The notes below the pieces were generated by a model, which worked only from the letters and a program-made list of their open reading frames with translations, was not told the origin of the DNA and made no database searches. A program made the position numbers and the translations under genes. A DNA stretch of 64,000 nucleotides, taken from the sequence record PV654397.1. One strand, 5' to 3'. Position 1 is the stretch's first letter. Each line of letters opens with the position of its first letter. Positions 1 to 10,095 of this stretch are shown here, in pieces.

Positions 1-31
1 GCCCCAAATGAGGCATCAAATGAAATTCAAA

Positions 32-727
32 TTAGACCCACTCTTCCACGCCACCGCGACGTTTGACGAGATACTTACCTTCTTCGTTGCGTGGACCAAG
101 GATGATACCATCAATGAAACCATGTTCACCGTATTCGAGTGCTTCTTCAGCGTTCAACCACAGGTCACGATCCGCATCTTTCAGTAGTTGTTCGTGTGAT
201 ACACCAACTGCTTCAGCAATTTCTTTAGTCAGTAGTGTGTTCAATGCATCAGAGTGTTTCAAGGAAATCTTCTGATCAGTAATCAGACCCTGAGTACCGG
301 AACTTACTTGGTGACACATGAAGTAAGAACGCTTCCCGCCTAGACGGAAACCTTTAGTACCAACTACTGATTGTGTATAGCAACCCATTGATGCTGCATA
401 ACCCATTACTACTGTACGGATAGGAGATACACAAGACTTAGCAATGTCAGCGATACCTAAACCTGCGTGTACTGAACCACCAGGAGAACTAATGTAGAAG
501 GTAATTGGTTCAGAACCCTGAGAATCCAACCACACCAATTGTTGCTTGATGATATGTGCCATTTGGTCATTGAAGTCAGTATCAAGGAAAATGATACGGT
601 CTTGCATCATACGAGATGCTAGATCATAAGTACGTTCTGCACCATTAACTTTTTCAACTACATAAGGAATAGAAATGTCGCGAACTTCACCACCAGCATA
701 ACCACCAAAATTGAATTGTTCAACCAT
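32..727 (-). CDS. clpP: ATP-dependent Clp protease proteolytic subunit
   Basis: IPYVVE..ERTYDL.SR..DRIIFL N-terminus, SPGGSV, catalytic Ser (AASMG), His (MCHQ), Asp (DRDLW), EALEYG..ID. Confidence 0.95.
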   Translation of the reverse strand: MVEQFNFGGYAGGEVRDISIPYVVEKVNGAERTYDLASRMMQDRIIFLDTDFNDQMAHIIKQQLVWLDSQGSEPITFYISSPGGSVHAGLGIADIAKSCVSPIRTVVMGYAASMGCYTQSVVGTKGFRLGGKRSYFMCHQVSSGTQGLITDQKISLKHSDALNTLLTKEIAEAVGVSHEQLLKDADRDLWLNAEEALEYGEHGFIDGIILGPRNEEGKYLVKRRGGVEEWV

Positions 728-761
728 TGTTATTTTCCTCTATTGTTTCATTGATGTGAGT

Positions 762-789
762 ATTATATCACAGTGTTCGTATTTGTCTA
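762..789 (-). promoter_or_regulatory. sigma70-type promoter of clpP
   Basis: TAGACA-N16-TATAAT with extended -10 TGA. Confidence 0.65.
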
Positions 790-1170
790 CAAGTTTCTTA
801 AAAAATCGAGTAAACCGCAAATTGTATGTTTATTAAACATATCGTGGTCAATCTTTAACAACTTAACCATAGCATTATCATACACCGTAGAGTCGGTAAT
901 GTCAAACAAAGAATTTGTGTAATAACGTTCATTTTCTACATAAATGTATAATTCATTTGATTTGTCAAGATCTTCATAGAAGTTAGCATCAAAGTACTCT
1001 GCATTTCCATCAATCCAAACCTCAACTGAATCATCATCTAAGCAGTAGTTTCTTGCTTCTTTTGAATATATTTCCAGCTTTCTGGCTGCACTGGAGTAAT
1101 GTTTATAACCATTAATTACGTACTTTATTTCATCATTGTACTCAATTACATACACAACGATATTTTCCAT
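787..1170 (-). CDS. hypothetical protein
   Basis: 127-aa ORF, start overlaps upstream stop. Confidence 0.7.
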   Translation of the reverse strand: MENIVVYVIEYNDEIKYVINGYKHYSSAARKLEIYSKEARNYCLDDDSVEVWIDGNAEYFDANFYEDLDKSNELYIYVENERYYTNSLFDITDSTVYDNAMVKLLKIDHDMFNKHTICGLLDFLRNL

Positions 1171-1565
1171 CAGTACACCCCTATTGACGCAAGAGTATGA
1201 AGAAATTCATATCGTATACCAACTGGGATGTCATCAAAATCAATCTCAATCATTCTTAGTGAATTTGAAAATTGTTCGTATTTAAAGAACGTATTAATTG
1301 ATAAAGTACTGAATGGTAACACATCACCACGACTATCATCATGTACAAGAACATACACCTTTCCCACAAATGAATCCAAATCGTCTGCTTGTCTTACATC
1401 ACTGGTGAAGTTATACCTATCTTTCATCACAGTGCCAGTACCATCAGGATTGTAGTATTGGGTTTTATCACAAGAGTATAGTATACGCATACCCCATCGT
1501 CGATACAAATGACAGCTACCCAATATAACAAGCATTTTGTCTTTTATATGCAATGTATATATCAT
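1170..1565 (-). CDS. hypothetical protein
   Basis: 131-aa ORF in operon context. Confidence 0.7.
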   Translation of the reverse strand: MIYTLHIKDKMLVILGSCHLYRRWGMRILYSCDKTQYYNPDGTGTVMKDRYNFTSDVRQADDLDSFVGKVYVLVHDDSRGDVLPFSTLSINTFFKYEQFSNSLRMIEIDFDDIPVGIRYEFLHTLASIGVY

Positions 1566-1574
1566 AGTAATTCC

Positions 1575-2366
1575 TTAGATTTCAAATACAAATTTAGGAT
1601 CGTAATCGAAGTTCTCACATGCACCACTGTAAGATTCATAACCTCTTGGATTACAAATGATACGAGTTTTCCCAATGTTGTAGTCAAAGCTACTATGAAC
1701 GTGACCATGAATCCAAACATCAGCACCCAAATCTTCGATGTACTGGTCCATATCAGAACAATAACATCCATTCAGTGAGTCATTCTTGTATCTCGGAGAT
1801 ACACTCTGATAACTTGGTGCATGATGTGTTACCACCACAACCTTGAAATCATTATCATTCATTAGACGAACTGTGTTAACTGAATTTTTGATAAATTGTT
1901 TATCCTGATGATGCATGAACTCAACATCATCAGGTTTGAGCTTACGTTTCCACGGTTCTGATGTTGTTCCATGACGAATGTGTTTATAATCATTCATCTT
2001 TTGTTGAGCATCAAACTTAACCAGTGCGTTGCCTTTATCAAAGTCAGTCCACAGTGTACTACCAACCAGCAGTACACCATCCAGCCATACAAATTTGTTT
2101 TGCAAAAAGATGAAATTTGGAATCTCATCTTGCATATCGGACAGTACTTTATTAGTCTTGTGAATGTTTGAACCGTAGTACTCATGATTACCAGGAACCA
2201 GTACTACATTCTTGAACTGCTTGCACAGGGATTCGATACCAGTACGATAACGACTGCGTTTAGCTTCATCAAAGTCCCCTGCAATAATCAGTACTGTATC
2301 ACTGTAATCACCACTATGGAGGTAATCAGTGCCACCGTGTACGTCTGACGTTACAACAAATTTCAT
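1575..2366 (-). CDS. calcineurin-like metallophosphoesterase
   Basis: SDVH, AGD, GNHE, THH, HGHVH motifs; GAGG SD. Confidence 0.9.
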   Translation of the reverse strand: MKFVVTSDVHGGTDYLHSGDYSDTVLIIAGDFDEAKRSRYRTGIESLCKQFKNVVLVPGNHEYYGSNIHKTNKVLSDMQDEIPNFIFLQNKFVWLDGVLLVGSTLWTDFDKGNALVKFDAQQKMNDYKHIRHGTTSEPWKRKLKPDDVEFMHHQDKQFIKNSVNTVRLMNDNDFKVVVVTHHAPSYQSVSPRYKNDSLNGCYCSDMDQYIEDLGADVWIHGHVHSSFDYNIGKTRIICNPRGYESYSGACENFDYDPKFVFEI

Positions 2367-2385
2367 AATTACCTCCTATAAATGA

Positions 2386-3804
2386 TTAACCAAGTGATTC
2401 AAGAATACTGTTAGAGAACACCTCAACAGCACTATCACGAATTTCTAAGATACGAGTATAGTCGTCACAGGTGTTTTTGTCAAATCTAAATTCAATAAAC
2501 ACTGGTAAAAATAGTGATGGCTCGCCAGTTCTCTTATCGAACACAATATCATTGCACTCTACTGTCACTACTTGACCAATGAGTTCTTGCATTCTTTCCC
2601 AAATGGTTTTAAACGTCCATTCTGCGTCTTTCTCTTTAATTCCAGTACCTACATTAACTTTCAATGTACCACAAGCACTTTCCAGTTGTAAAGAACCAAG
2701 GCTACCTTTACGCTTACCTTCACCTTCATTGAAACCAACAATACGCAAGTCCAATTGCATTTTAAGTTTCATTTTCAATTGCTTAGGAGAAGTGTGAGAT
2801 TTCCATATACCATCTTCACATTTCAGTACTGAACCCTCTTCACCTTCGTTCATTAGTTCACTATTGTACTCAAATGCTTCTTTGATGTTTAGAACTTTAC
2901 GGAATCCAACCATACGAACAAAATCACTACCGAGTTCGTTAATTGCATCTACTAAGATCTCGCGGCGTTCTTTACGTTTTACATTCCATACACCTTCACA
3001 AAATGCATCATATGGAACAACATCCCATAGAACGAATACAGTACGCATTGCTTCATTTTGACTGATGCTATCTTTACCAGCTTTCTGAATGATACCGTTA
3101 CCAGTAGTGCGTGGGAGAATGGTTTCTCCATCATTGTCCAGTACTACACCTTCACCCATAAAGACTACACCACTACTAAAACGTTCATCTTTACTTTGGA
3201 TGATGTGAGCAAGACCTGCCATTTCACCATCACGACAACCCAGGAAGTCGTATAGTTTGCCATTACGGGATGTAGAAGTTAATGAACCATTAATGACAAC
3301 GTGGTTCAAGTACTGACCATCCATCTTCACTTCTGATATAGCATAACCATAATCTTTGAAGTTAATGTTCTTTGCAGTCTTTTTGTCAATCAAAGAACAA
3401 CGCATGTATGGTTCGTCTTTGATGAAACCTTTCCCGAACACATCATTACAGTTCTTTTCTTGGATACCACAATCAAGGTTCTTCGTGAGCATTTTACGAA
3501 GAACTTCCTGGTCATCTTCTGATACAGAACCCAGTACTGAAGAAATGAAGTCACGCCCAGCATTTCCGGTCACACCACGTTTGTAAATGCATTCTAGCTT
3601 ATCAATTGCTTCGTCTAATGTCATATGTTGGTATAGATCATCAGCTTGTGGTAGCTTTTTATATCCACTTACAATTGAAGGGTCTAGTGTATATTTCAGT
3701 ACTTTTTGTAATGTTTGATTATCTTTGTTTTGTTCAAGGATAGCTTTTTTACCCAGAGTACTGCTAGTATTTTTAATGCTTTCAAGAATTGCTAAAATGC
3801 TCAT
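2386..3804 (-). CDS. lig: ATP-dependent DNA ligase (T4 gp30-like)
   Basis: EVKMDG adenylation motif, MGEG, WDVV, EGSVLK, C-terminal OB fold with VGTG and LFLPVF..R.DK. Confidence 0.95.
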   Translation of the reverse strand: MSILAILESIKNTSSTLGKKAILEQNKDNQTLQKVLKYTLDPSIVSGYKKLPQADDLYQHMTLDEAIDKLECIYKRGVTGNAGRDFISSVLGSVSEDDQEVLRKMLTKNLDCGIQEKNCNDVFGKGFIKDEPYMRCSLIDKKTAKNINFKDYGYAISEVKMDGQYLNHVVINGSLTSTSRNGKLYDFLGCRDGEMAGLAHIIQSKDERFSSGVVFMGEGVVLDNDGETILPRTTGNGIIQKAGKDSISQNEAMRTVFVLWDVVPYDAFCEGVWNVKRKERREILVDAINELGSDFVRMVGFRKVLNIKEAFEYNSELMNEGEEGSVLKCEDGIWKSHTSPKQLKMKLKMQLDLRIVGFNEGEGKRKGSLGSLQLESACGTLKVNVGTGIKEKDAEWTFKTIWERMQELIGQVVTVECNDIVFDKRTGEPSLFLPVFIEFRFDKNTCDDYTRILEIRDSAVEVFSNSILESLG

Positions 3805-3815
3805 TGTATATTCCC

Positions 3816-5018
3816 TTATAGATAATACTTTCCAATGTAAAGTTTATTACTTAGTGATAGCTGGACGTGACAAGGTTTTTCTTGGTAGTAACGAGTTGAT
3901 GCTGTTTTATTTTCAGTTGGTGGGAAGAAAGGAGAACGGTATCCATTCCATGTACCAAATGATACATGTTCGTTTAAATCCACATCCATTGTCATAATTC
4001 CATTAGCATCAATTTCAACTGGATATGCACTGTATCGTTCAAATGTATCAGTGTATTGAAGAATATAATCACCATTACGACCATAATAACTTCTGGTTGT
4101 ATTGTTCTTTACACCAAAGAAAACACGATATGCTTGGTCACCAACTTTAGTCATGAACGGTACGTTCTCGTTGAATCGTCCATTACTCATTATATCATCA
4201 GGATTGATTTCTTCGTACTTTACTTTCAAATCTTGTGCTTTAAACGACTTATCACTTATCAGTACTGGAATATTGCTTTCACATAATGGGTTACTGCGAT
4301 TTCGTTGGATATTTTGCCAAAATGCATTAGCTTTAACAATTTCATCTTGAACTGTAGTTTTTACATTCAGTGCAGCACTTGGTTCTAACGCATAAGTTTC
4401 AAGACGAGCATTAAGAGCATATGTCCCACGAGTAGTATTATATACTAAGTGATACTTGGAACTCTTATCAGAAAATGAAAACTCTTTAGTTTTCTTGATA
4501 CAAATAGCATTTACTTTACCACAATAATAGTAATCTTCCTTATTGTGTCTAAAACCATCACCCACTTTCAATTTAGAAACAACTTCTTTTTGATGTTCTT
4601 TCTTATTCTCCTTCTCAACCAATTTAGCAAAGGTTTTAGTTTTACCGTTAATTAGTTCTAAACTATTATTAAAGAACATAGGTTCAACAAATACACCCTT
4701 AACAATATCATTGTTGATGATAAGGTCGTTCATGTTTTTAGCACTCACCAAGAACTCGAAACCTTCAGGGTGACGTATGGTGAAGTATGTTTCGCGAGCA
4801 TGAACAGTGAGCTTATGTACCACAGAAAACCCAATTGTAGGCACATTATCAATCCATAGTGAAGGTAGATTGTTTTTCTTAGCCCAGTACTCGGCCTTTT
4901 CTTTTTTAGTCTCAAACGCTTTTGTGTGTGATTTTGTGGCATCTATAATGTAACCAGTAACTTGGTTATGATTTACATATGAACGAGCCACAAATAACTT
5001 CTCTGGAAAATCCATCAA
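3816..5018 (-). CDS. hypothetical protein
   Basis: 400-aa ORF, no recognised catalytic motif. Confidence 0.8.
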   Translation of the reverse strand: MMDFPEKLFVARSYVNHNQVTGYIIDATKSHTKAFETKKEKAEYWAKKNNLPSLWIDNVPTIGFSVVHKLTVHARETYFTIRHPEGFEFLVSAKNMNDLIINNDIVKGVFVEPMFFNNSLELINGKTKTFAKLVEKENKKEHQKEVVSKLKVGDGFRHNKEDYYYCGKVNAICIKKTKEFSFSDKSSKYHLVYNTTRGTYALNARLETYALEPSAALNVKTTVQDEIVKANAFWQNIQRNRSNPLCESNIPVLISDKSFKAQDLKVKYEEINPDDIMSNGRFNENVPFMTKVGDQAYRVFFGVKNNTTRSYYGRNGDYILQYTDTFERYSAYPVEIDANGIMTMDVDLNEHVSFGTWNGYRSPFFPPTENKTASTRYYQEKPCHVQLSLSNKLYIGKYYL

Positions 5019-5434
5019 ACAGTCCTCATTGTGCTAATTGCTTTTAATGTGTTAAACAATGCACCATATTTTACTTGCATTAGTTGATCCCCAGCAGGAA
5101 GATTCATACGCATAACAGACATGTCTTCAACCATTTCAGATGTACATAGTACTGCTACACATGTAGTTGCATCATTTAATCCGGCTTCATTGAATTTAGC
5201 GAATGGCACTTTTCCCTGCTTACAAAGGTCATCATAATAAGAATTTAACTTATCATGACCACCAGCATTTAGTACTACAATAGTTTCGTGGTCATAATAC
5301 CATTCATCAATAATAGTACTGAAAGCAGTACCTTCATATTCTTTAATTAGTTTTATGCCAGCATGAAATGCTTGAATGCCAGCTTGGACACCTTGACAGT
5401 ACATGTTTGTTAAGCAATATAATTTCATTTCCAT
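5015..5434 (-). CDS. putative peptidyl-tRNA hydrolase type 2 (Pth2)-like protein
   Basis: QAGIQAFHA, W...HETIVVLN.G, F.EAGLNDATTCVAV pattern resembles Pth2 fold. Confidence 0.55.
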   Translation of the reverse strand: MEMKLYCLTNMYCQGVQAGIQAFHAGIKLIKEYEGTAFSTIIDEWYYDHETIVVLNAGGHDKLNSYYDDLCKQGKVPFAKFNEAGLNDATTCVAVLCTSEMVEDMSVMRMNLPAGDQLMQVKYGALFNTLKAISTMRTV

Positions 5435-5652
5435 ACCTCTTGTTTTTCTACAAACCCTTTACCATCACAATGTGGACAAGCATAATAACTGCGATAGTCT
5501 TCAGATGGAACTTGTTGTGTACCATTACATGTAGGGCACACTTTACGTGCTCCAGAAATAATACGTTCATGGTGTTCAGCTTGTTTTGCTGAATCAAAAA
5601 TACGACCATCTTCAGTTTGGTATTTTTCTACCATAACTTGAATTACTTTCAT
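5425..5652 (-). CDS. small DnaJ-type zinc-finger protein
   Basis: CPTCNG...CPHCDGKG. Confidence 0.75.
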   Translation of the reverse strand: MKVIQVMVEKYQTEDGRIFDSAKQAEHHERIISGARKVCPTCNGTQQVPSEDYRSYYACPHCDGKGFVEKQEVWK

Positions 5653-5662
5653 TTCTATTTCC

Positions 5663-5932
5663 TTATAAAAATGTTAAATCTTCAGTACTTAATTGTAATA
5701 ATTTACCATCATATTCAATTTCAACATATACATTTTGGTCATAAACAGCAACTACACGACTAATAACTCCACTCTTCACCACATTCTTTTTGTAGTTGAA
5801 TTCAACTGAGCAACCAATAAGTTTCTTTGATAGAATCTCACGTATTTGATTAGCATGGTCTTTTAGGATAGAATTAATAGATTTTTTCACAACATATCTA
5901 TCATTTAAGTATTTTTTAACTACATCATGCAT
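5663..5932 (-). CDS. family C paralog
   Basis: helix then KKLIGCSVEF; ATG 5932 after AGGT SD. Confidence 0.7.
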   Translation of the reverse strand: MHDVVKKYLNDRYVVKKSINSILKDHANQIREILSKKLIGCSVEFNYKKNVVKSGVISRVVAVYDQNVYVEIEYDGKLLQLSTEDLTFL

Positions 5933-5936
5933 ATTA

Positions 5937-6680
5937 TTACCTTTTGAAGCGGTTAAATGAGTACTCATCTTTTTCTTTACGTAAGTATCTCATCCCACCA
6001 CTTTGGGGAGTTGCAAGAGTCAAATCACCAGTTAAGAACTGACTATCAATCCAGATACGATTACCATAAATGAGTGGGTCGGATACTGCGGTATGACCAC
6101 TAAAGACGCAATGGATACCATCAAGTCTAGGGACGTAATATGTGTTATTTTTCTTGCAGTAGTCGAATGTATCACGGTCCCACAAGCACTTCTCAATTAT
6201 ATCAGCACTAAGTGATTTTGTCCCACTAACGAAACGTTCCCATGTGGTATATTCCAAAGGAACACCAGCATGAACCAGTCCAATCTTCAATCCTCGGTGA
6301 TTGATTTGGATAATCATAGGGAGATCCTTTAAGTACTGACGGAAGAACTGTATACCTGTCTCACCAACTTCATCAATGAACTTATCTCCACCATTTTGTA
6401 CCCAACAGTGATGCCAGTCACGGTGAGTTTCAGAATCAACGCACATGATCTCGTGGTTACCAGCAATCATAAAACGGTTTTCACCGAAAAGGAATTCAAA
6501 CAGTAGTTTGGAATTCTGGTCACCACGGTCAATAACATCACCTACACAAAAAACATAGTCATTATTGGTGATACCAAATTCTTTCTTGGTAGCATCCCAC
6601 AGTTTTCCATTGCCGTGTAAATCACCAACGATATATAAATCTTTATCATCCGGTACTGTAACTTCCAAAAAATGTTTCAT
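5937..6680 (-). CDS. Ser/Thr protein phosphatase (NinI/PphA-like)
   Basis: GDLHG, GDVIDRG, GNHE, HAG, FSGHT; ATG 6680 overlaps upstream TAA. Confidence 0.92.
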   Translation of the reverse strand: MKHFLEVTVPDDKDLYIVGDLHGNGKLWDATKKEFGITNNDYVFCVGDVIDRGDQNSKLLFEFLFGENRFMIAGNHEIMCVDSETHRDWHHCWVQNGGDKFIDEVGETGIQFFRQYLKDLPMIIQINHRGLKIGLVHAGVPLEYTTWERFVSGTKSLSADIIEKCLWDRDTFDYCKKNNTYYVPRLDGIHCVFSGHTAVSDPLIYGNRIWIDSQFLTGDLTLATPQSGGMRYLRKEKDEYSFNRFKR

Positions 6681-6934
6681 TATTGTTCCAACCATATAAT
6701 GTTAGTGTGTTTTGTAACTTGTGTACCTGCAAAAGAACCATCTTTAAGATACGTATTAACTTTGAAACGCCATTCACCACCGCTAATATACATATCAGCG
6801 ATAATGTACTTCCCATAACCCCTTGAGTTTATCAAACGTACTTCTTGTCCAATATACTTCGGCTTCAAATCATTAATAAAATCATCAGCCAAAGACATAA
6901 GATATCGCAAATGTGAATAGTCGGTGTTGAACAT
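6680..6934 (-). CDS. family C paralog
   Basis: DLKPKYIGQEVRL; TAATG-coupled start. Confidence 0.7.
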   Translation of the reverse strand: MFNTDYSHLRYLMSLADDFINDLKPKYIGQEVRLINSRGYGKYIIADMYISGGEWRFKVNTYLKDGSFAGTQVTKHTNIIWLEQ

Positions 6935-7149
6935 TATTTCTTTCTCTTGAAGTGGGATATGATATCTTTTGTTATTGAGATAAAAAGATACACCATAGTT
7001 ACAGGCCAAATTATAGCCATTAGTGCTGCTGATTGTAGACTCATTGCAGTTATGATTTCATCTTTGAAACATTTCCAATTCAGTACTAGAAAGTTACATA
7101 TAAATGAGCAAAACGCAACAAATCCATATATTGCAAAAAAGGTAGTCAT
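6934..7149 (-). CDS. small membrane protein
   Basis: two hydrophobic segments, IIWP motif. Confidence 0.75.
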   Translation of the reverse strand: MTTFFAIYGFVAFCSFICNFLVLNWKCFKDEIITAMSLQSAALMAIIWPVTMVYLFISITKDIISHFKRKK

Positions 7150-7151
7150 TA

Positions 7152-7484
7152 TTATTCCTCATCAACTTGAATAAGATATTCTAAACTTATTTCATCACCA
7201 AAGGCAGCGGCATCAATTGCATCGTGATTGATGTATTCTACTTGTGCAATTAAACGTATACCGTATTTCATAATTTCAATAATTCTCATTCTTGTATTGG
7301 GATTTATGTACTGGTAGTATGATTCATACTCTGGATCATCGTCCATTTCCGCATATCGGTTGATGTACTCGTCAGTAAATTTTACTATCTTACCGACGAG
7401 TTCTGTTTCTGCACTTTTATAGAAATCATCTTTCATTTGATGCAACGCAATCAAGTACTGATTATATTGTGCAAGATGTTTCAT
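7152..7484 (-). CDS. family C paralog
   Basis: ETELVGKIVKF. Confidence 0.7.
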   Translation of the reverse strand: MKHLAQYNQYLIALHQMKDDFYKSAETELVGKIVKFTDEYINRYAEMDDDPEYESYYQYINPNTRMRIIEIMKYGIRLIAQVEYINHDAIDAAAFGDEISLEYLIQVDEE

Positions 7485-7486
7485 TG

Positions 7487-8083
7487 TTAATCACAGCTAC
7501 CGGAACTTGAACTAGAGCTTGAATCACAGCTAGAGCTATCATATGAACCAGTATCAGCAGAAGAGATATATGGCGTTACGATTGCTGCGGTGGTGGCTGC
7601 TGTAATAATATGGGAAGTATGGTCGTGTGTACCTTGTTGTGGTTCATCTTGGACTTTGTTTTTATTCTTCCCTTTAGTATAGCGAGCTTTCTTTGTAGTT
7701 TTGGTGTTCTTTGGTGCTTTAGTACTTTTCGGTGCTGCTTTAGGCTTTACTTCATTAACTACAGGAACAACAGTAACATTAACTTTAGGGTCAGATTCAT
7801 CAAGTGCATTGTGAACATTCACTTGCATTTGAACTTCAACTTTAAGTTCTTCTTGTTCTTCAGGAATAACTTTTTCAGGTTCTGGTGTAACCTGATCACG
7901 TTTATCATTAATCATGAAGTTGATATTACGTTCACCTAGCACTAATAAAGTAACGATGGTGAGTACTGGGGTTAGTACTAGACTAAGTAGTACATAGCCG
8001 ATGACACTACGATTGTAATTGTATGCAAGCATACCTGCAATAACTACACCAAGTACACTAATAACTGCTGCGATTGTTAACAT
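7487..8083 (-). CDS. membrane-anchored protein with Lys-rich linker and Ser-rich tail
   Basis: two N-terminal TM segments; C-terminus SYDSSSCDSSSSSSSGSCD. Confidence 0.8.
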   Translation of the reverse strand: MLTIAAVISVLGVVIAGMLAYNYNRSVIGYVLLSLVLTPVLTIVTLLVLGERNINFMINDKRDQVTPEPEKVIPEEQEELKVEVQMQVNVHNALDESDPKVNVTVVPVVNEVKPKAAPKSTKAPKNTKTTKKARYTKGKNKNKVQDEPQQGTHDHTSHIITAATTAAIVTPYISSADTGSYDSSSCDSSSSSSSGSCD

Positions 8084-8387
8084 ATTCTACTCCTTTGTAT
8101 ATAAATTTACCAATATCTTCGATGTATAAACAGATTCCACCTCGATCATTTAACACAAGCCAATCACCAAAACCACAACTGATGTTGCATATATTAAATT
8201 CTTCAATACCATCCGGTGAATACGCAATGAATGGACATATTTCATCTGATATACCATTTACATAGTTATTACATATTAAATCAAATGTATGTGAACTATA
8301 AGAATTATCAGTACTGAAAATGTGCATTAATGAACTAGATAGAATTACTATTGTTTTTTCCCACATTTTTAAAAAATCGTTATTCAC
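8058..8387 (-). CDS. hypothetical protein
   Basis: GTG start after GGAG SD; TGATATAAT upstream near 8420. Confidence 0.7.
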   Translation of the reverse strand: MNNDFLKMWEKTIVILSSSLMHIFSTDNSYSSHTFDLICNNYVNGISDEICPFIAYSPDGIEEFNICNISCGFGDWLVLNDRGGICLYIEDIGKFIYKGVEYVNNRSSY

Positions 8388-8444
8388 AACAACTACTCCA
8401 TGTCAGTGTTGTAATGAAATTATATCACCGAATCAAGATATGTC

Positions 8445-8750
8445 TCATGAGATTCGCATTTCATCCAGATATAAACTACATGCTTCGAAATTGTTGTCAG
8501 CACTTAAACCTAAATCAACCATCAGACCACAATGCGTTCCACAGAATTTCTTTATGTATAGTTTCTTATTGTTTGTACCTAAGTCGTATACATATTCATT
8601 TTCGAAAATAGTTTTTAAATCATTACAAATACTTTTTACTATCTTCATTACATCATTATGATACTCATATGGTATTCCATCTAGTTCATCAATGATAATA
8701 GCAAAACCATTGTCATAGTACTTTAGTTTATTGAATGTTTGTATATCCAT
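8445..8750 (-). CDS. hypothetical protein, probable family C
   Basis: NDLKTIFENEYVY. Confidence 0.65.
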   Translation of the reverse strand: MDIQTFNKLKYYDNGFAIIIDELDGIPYEYHNDVMKIVKSICNDLKTIFENEYVYDLGTNNKKLYIKKFCGTHCGLMVDLGLSADNNFEACSLYLDEMRIS

Positions 8751-9047
8751 TTAATATATAATCTCACTTACTTCTATGGTGTAGACACCATCATCAGTCA
8801 TTAATCTAACTGCAACTTTAATATTACTAGACATTCGTGTAACTATCAATCCAATAATTATACCATTCTTTAAAGTACCATTATGGTATCTAACTTTTAC
8901 TTCAGTTTTATTATCAATTAAGTATCTTCTAATTATGTGTATTTCCGTTCTAAACAGTTCTAAATAAACTTCACTATACTCCTTATCAGAACCATCAGCA
9001 CAGCTATACAATAAATGTACCTGTTCTAACAAAAGTTTTAAATTCAT
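8751..9047 (-). CDS. family C paralog
   Basis: helix then EVKVRY..G.IIG. Confidence 0.7.
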   Translation of the reverse strand: MNLKLLLEQVHLLYSCADGSDKEYSEVYLELFRTEIHIIRRYLIDNKTEVKVRYHNGTLKNGIIIGLIVTRMSSNIKVAVRLMTDDGVYTIEVSEIIY

Positions 9048-9346
9048 AAGAACCTCACAGATTTAATATTACTTGTTACATGTTTAAACACAGTGTTATC
9101 GAACTTGTAAACAATTGTATTAAGTGATTTATGAAAATTAACCTCGCACACTAATGCCTTGGAACCATTGATTGTACAGACCGTGGATGGTAAGTTGTTT
9201 GCTAATATCTCTTTTTCATCTAAACATAGTGAACTAATACAATCATAATAGAGAGGTTCAAGAACTTTTTCAGTACTAAGAAAATCGAAAGCAAGATCAT
9301 CTATTTGTTTTATGTAATTGAATAAATTTTGATAGTACTCATTCAT
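9044..9346 (-). CDS. hypothetical protein, probable family C
   Basis: ATG 9346 after GGA SD. Confidence 0.65.
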   Translation of the reverse strand: MNEYYQNLFNYIKQIDDLAFDFLSTEKVLEPLYYDCISSLCLDEKEILANNLPSTVCTINGSKALVCEVNFHKSLNTIVYKFDNTVFKHVTSNIKSVRFL

Positions 9347-9593
9347 GGTCGATCCTCTTGAATTTAGCATTATTCGAATAAGTATATGAATGTCCAAAAT
9401 CATTTACACCATGCACATTCAATACACCGTCAATGAAATAGATTCGGTCGATTGTTAGTTCACGTTTATAATCCGAATCATCATACCAGCACAGAACACG
9501 AATACCTTTATACTTTGTAGTTAGCTCTTTTTCTAATGTAACTAAGTACTCGATATAACTTTTGAATAGCTCTAAGTCCTGCTCAAACATCAT
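9339..9593 (-). CDS. family C paralog
   Basis: ELTTKYKGIRV. Confidence 0.7.
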   Translation of the reverse strand: MMFEQDLELFKSYIEYLVTLEKELTTKYKGIRVLCWYDDSDYKRELTIDRIYFIDGVLNVHGVNDFGHSYTYSNNAKFKRIDHE

Positions 9594-9850
9594 TGTTCCT
9601 CGTATAATTCCATGTCATCAACTCCAACTTGGCGAATTGCAGTACTTCTTTTAAATGTACCTTTTTCATATAAACATACAGTTAAACGTATTTCACACTT
9701 CAATGCACTGTAATAAATCATATCAATAACACCATATGTTTCATACATTTCTAAGTATACATTTCGTCCTAAGTACTTTTCTTCTAAATCAGTAATTAGA
9801 CTATTGATAAGATTACCTATCTGTGATATATCTGTGTGAAATTTATCCAT
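9590..9850 (-). CDS. family C paralog
   Basis: DLEEKYLGRNV. Confidence 0.7.
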   Translation of the reverse strand: MDKFHTDISQIGNLINSLITDLEEKYLGRNVYLEMYETYGVIDMIYYSALKCEIRLTVCLYEKGTFKRSTAIRQVGVDDMELYEEQ

Positions 9851-10095
9851 TACAATAATCCTCTCACATAAAACATTGATGAAAATAGATAATCTTCAGT
9901 ACTAGAATTTAGTAGTTTATCAAAACTATATTTTTTATGCTTATTTTTATACAAAGACATTCTATAGAATCTTTCTATATTTTCTAAGTATTCATTTCGT
10001 AATAACATCTGTGTTGTTACATTCACTATAATGTACCTTAAAAGAAAAAGGGACCAATATATGATCCCTTTTGTATTAGAAATTACCTTCAGCAA
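9850..10095 (-). CDS. hypothetical protein (start uncertain)
   Basis: fills gap between coupled genes. Confidence 0.4.
   Translation of the reverse strand: MLKVISNTKGIIYWSLFLLRYIIVNVTTQMLLRNEYLENIERFYRMSLYKNKHKKYSFDKLLNSSTEDYLFSSMFYVRGLL

Noticed and set aside
7487-7560. Ser-rich AGCT-type micro-repeats
   Set aside because: Low-complexity coding tail of a membrane protein, not a separate element.
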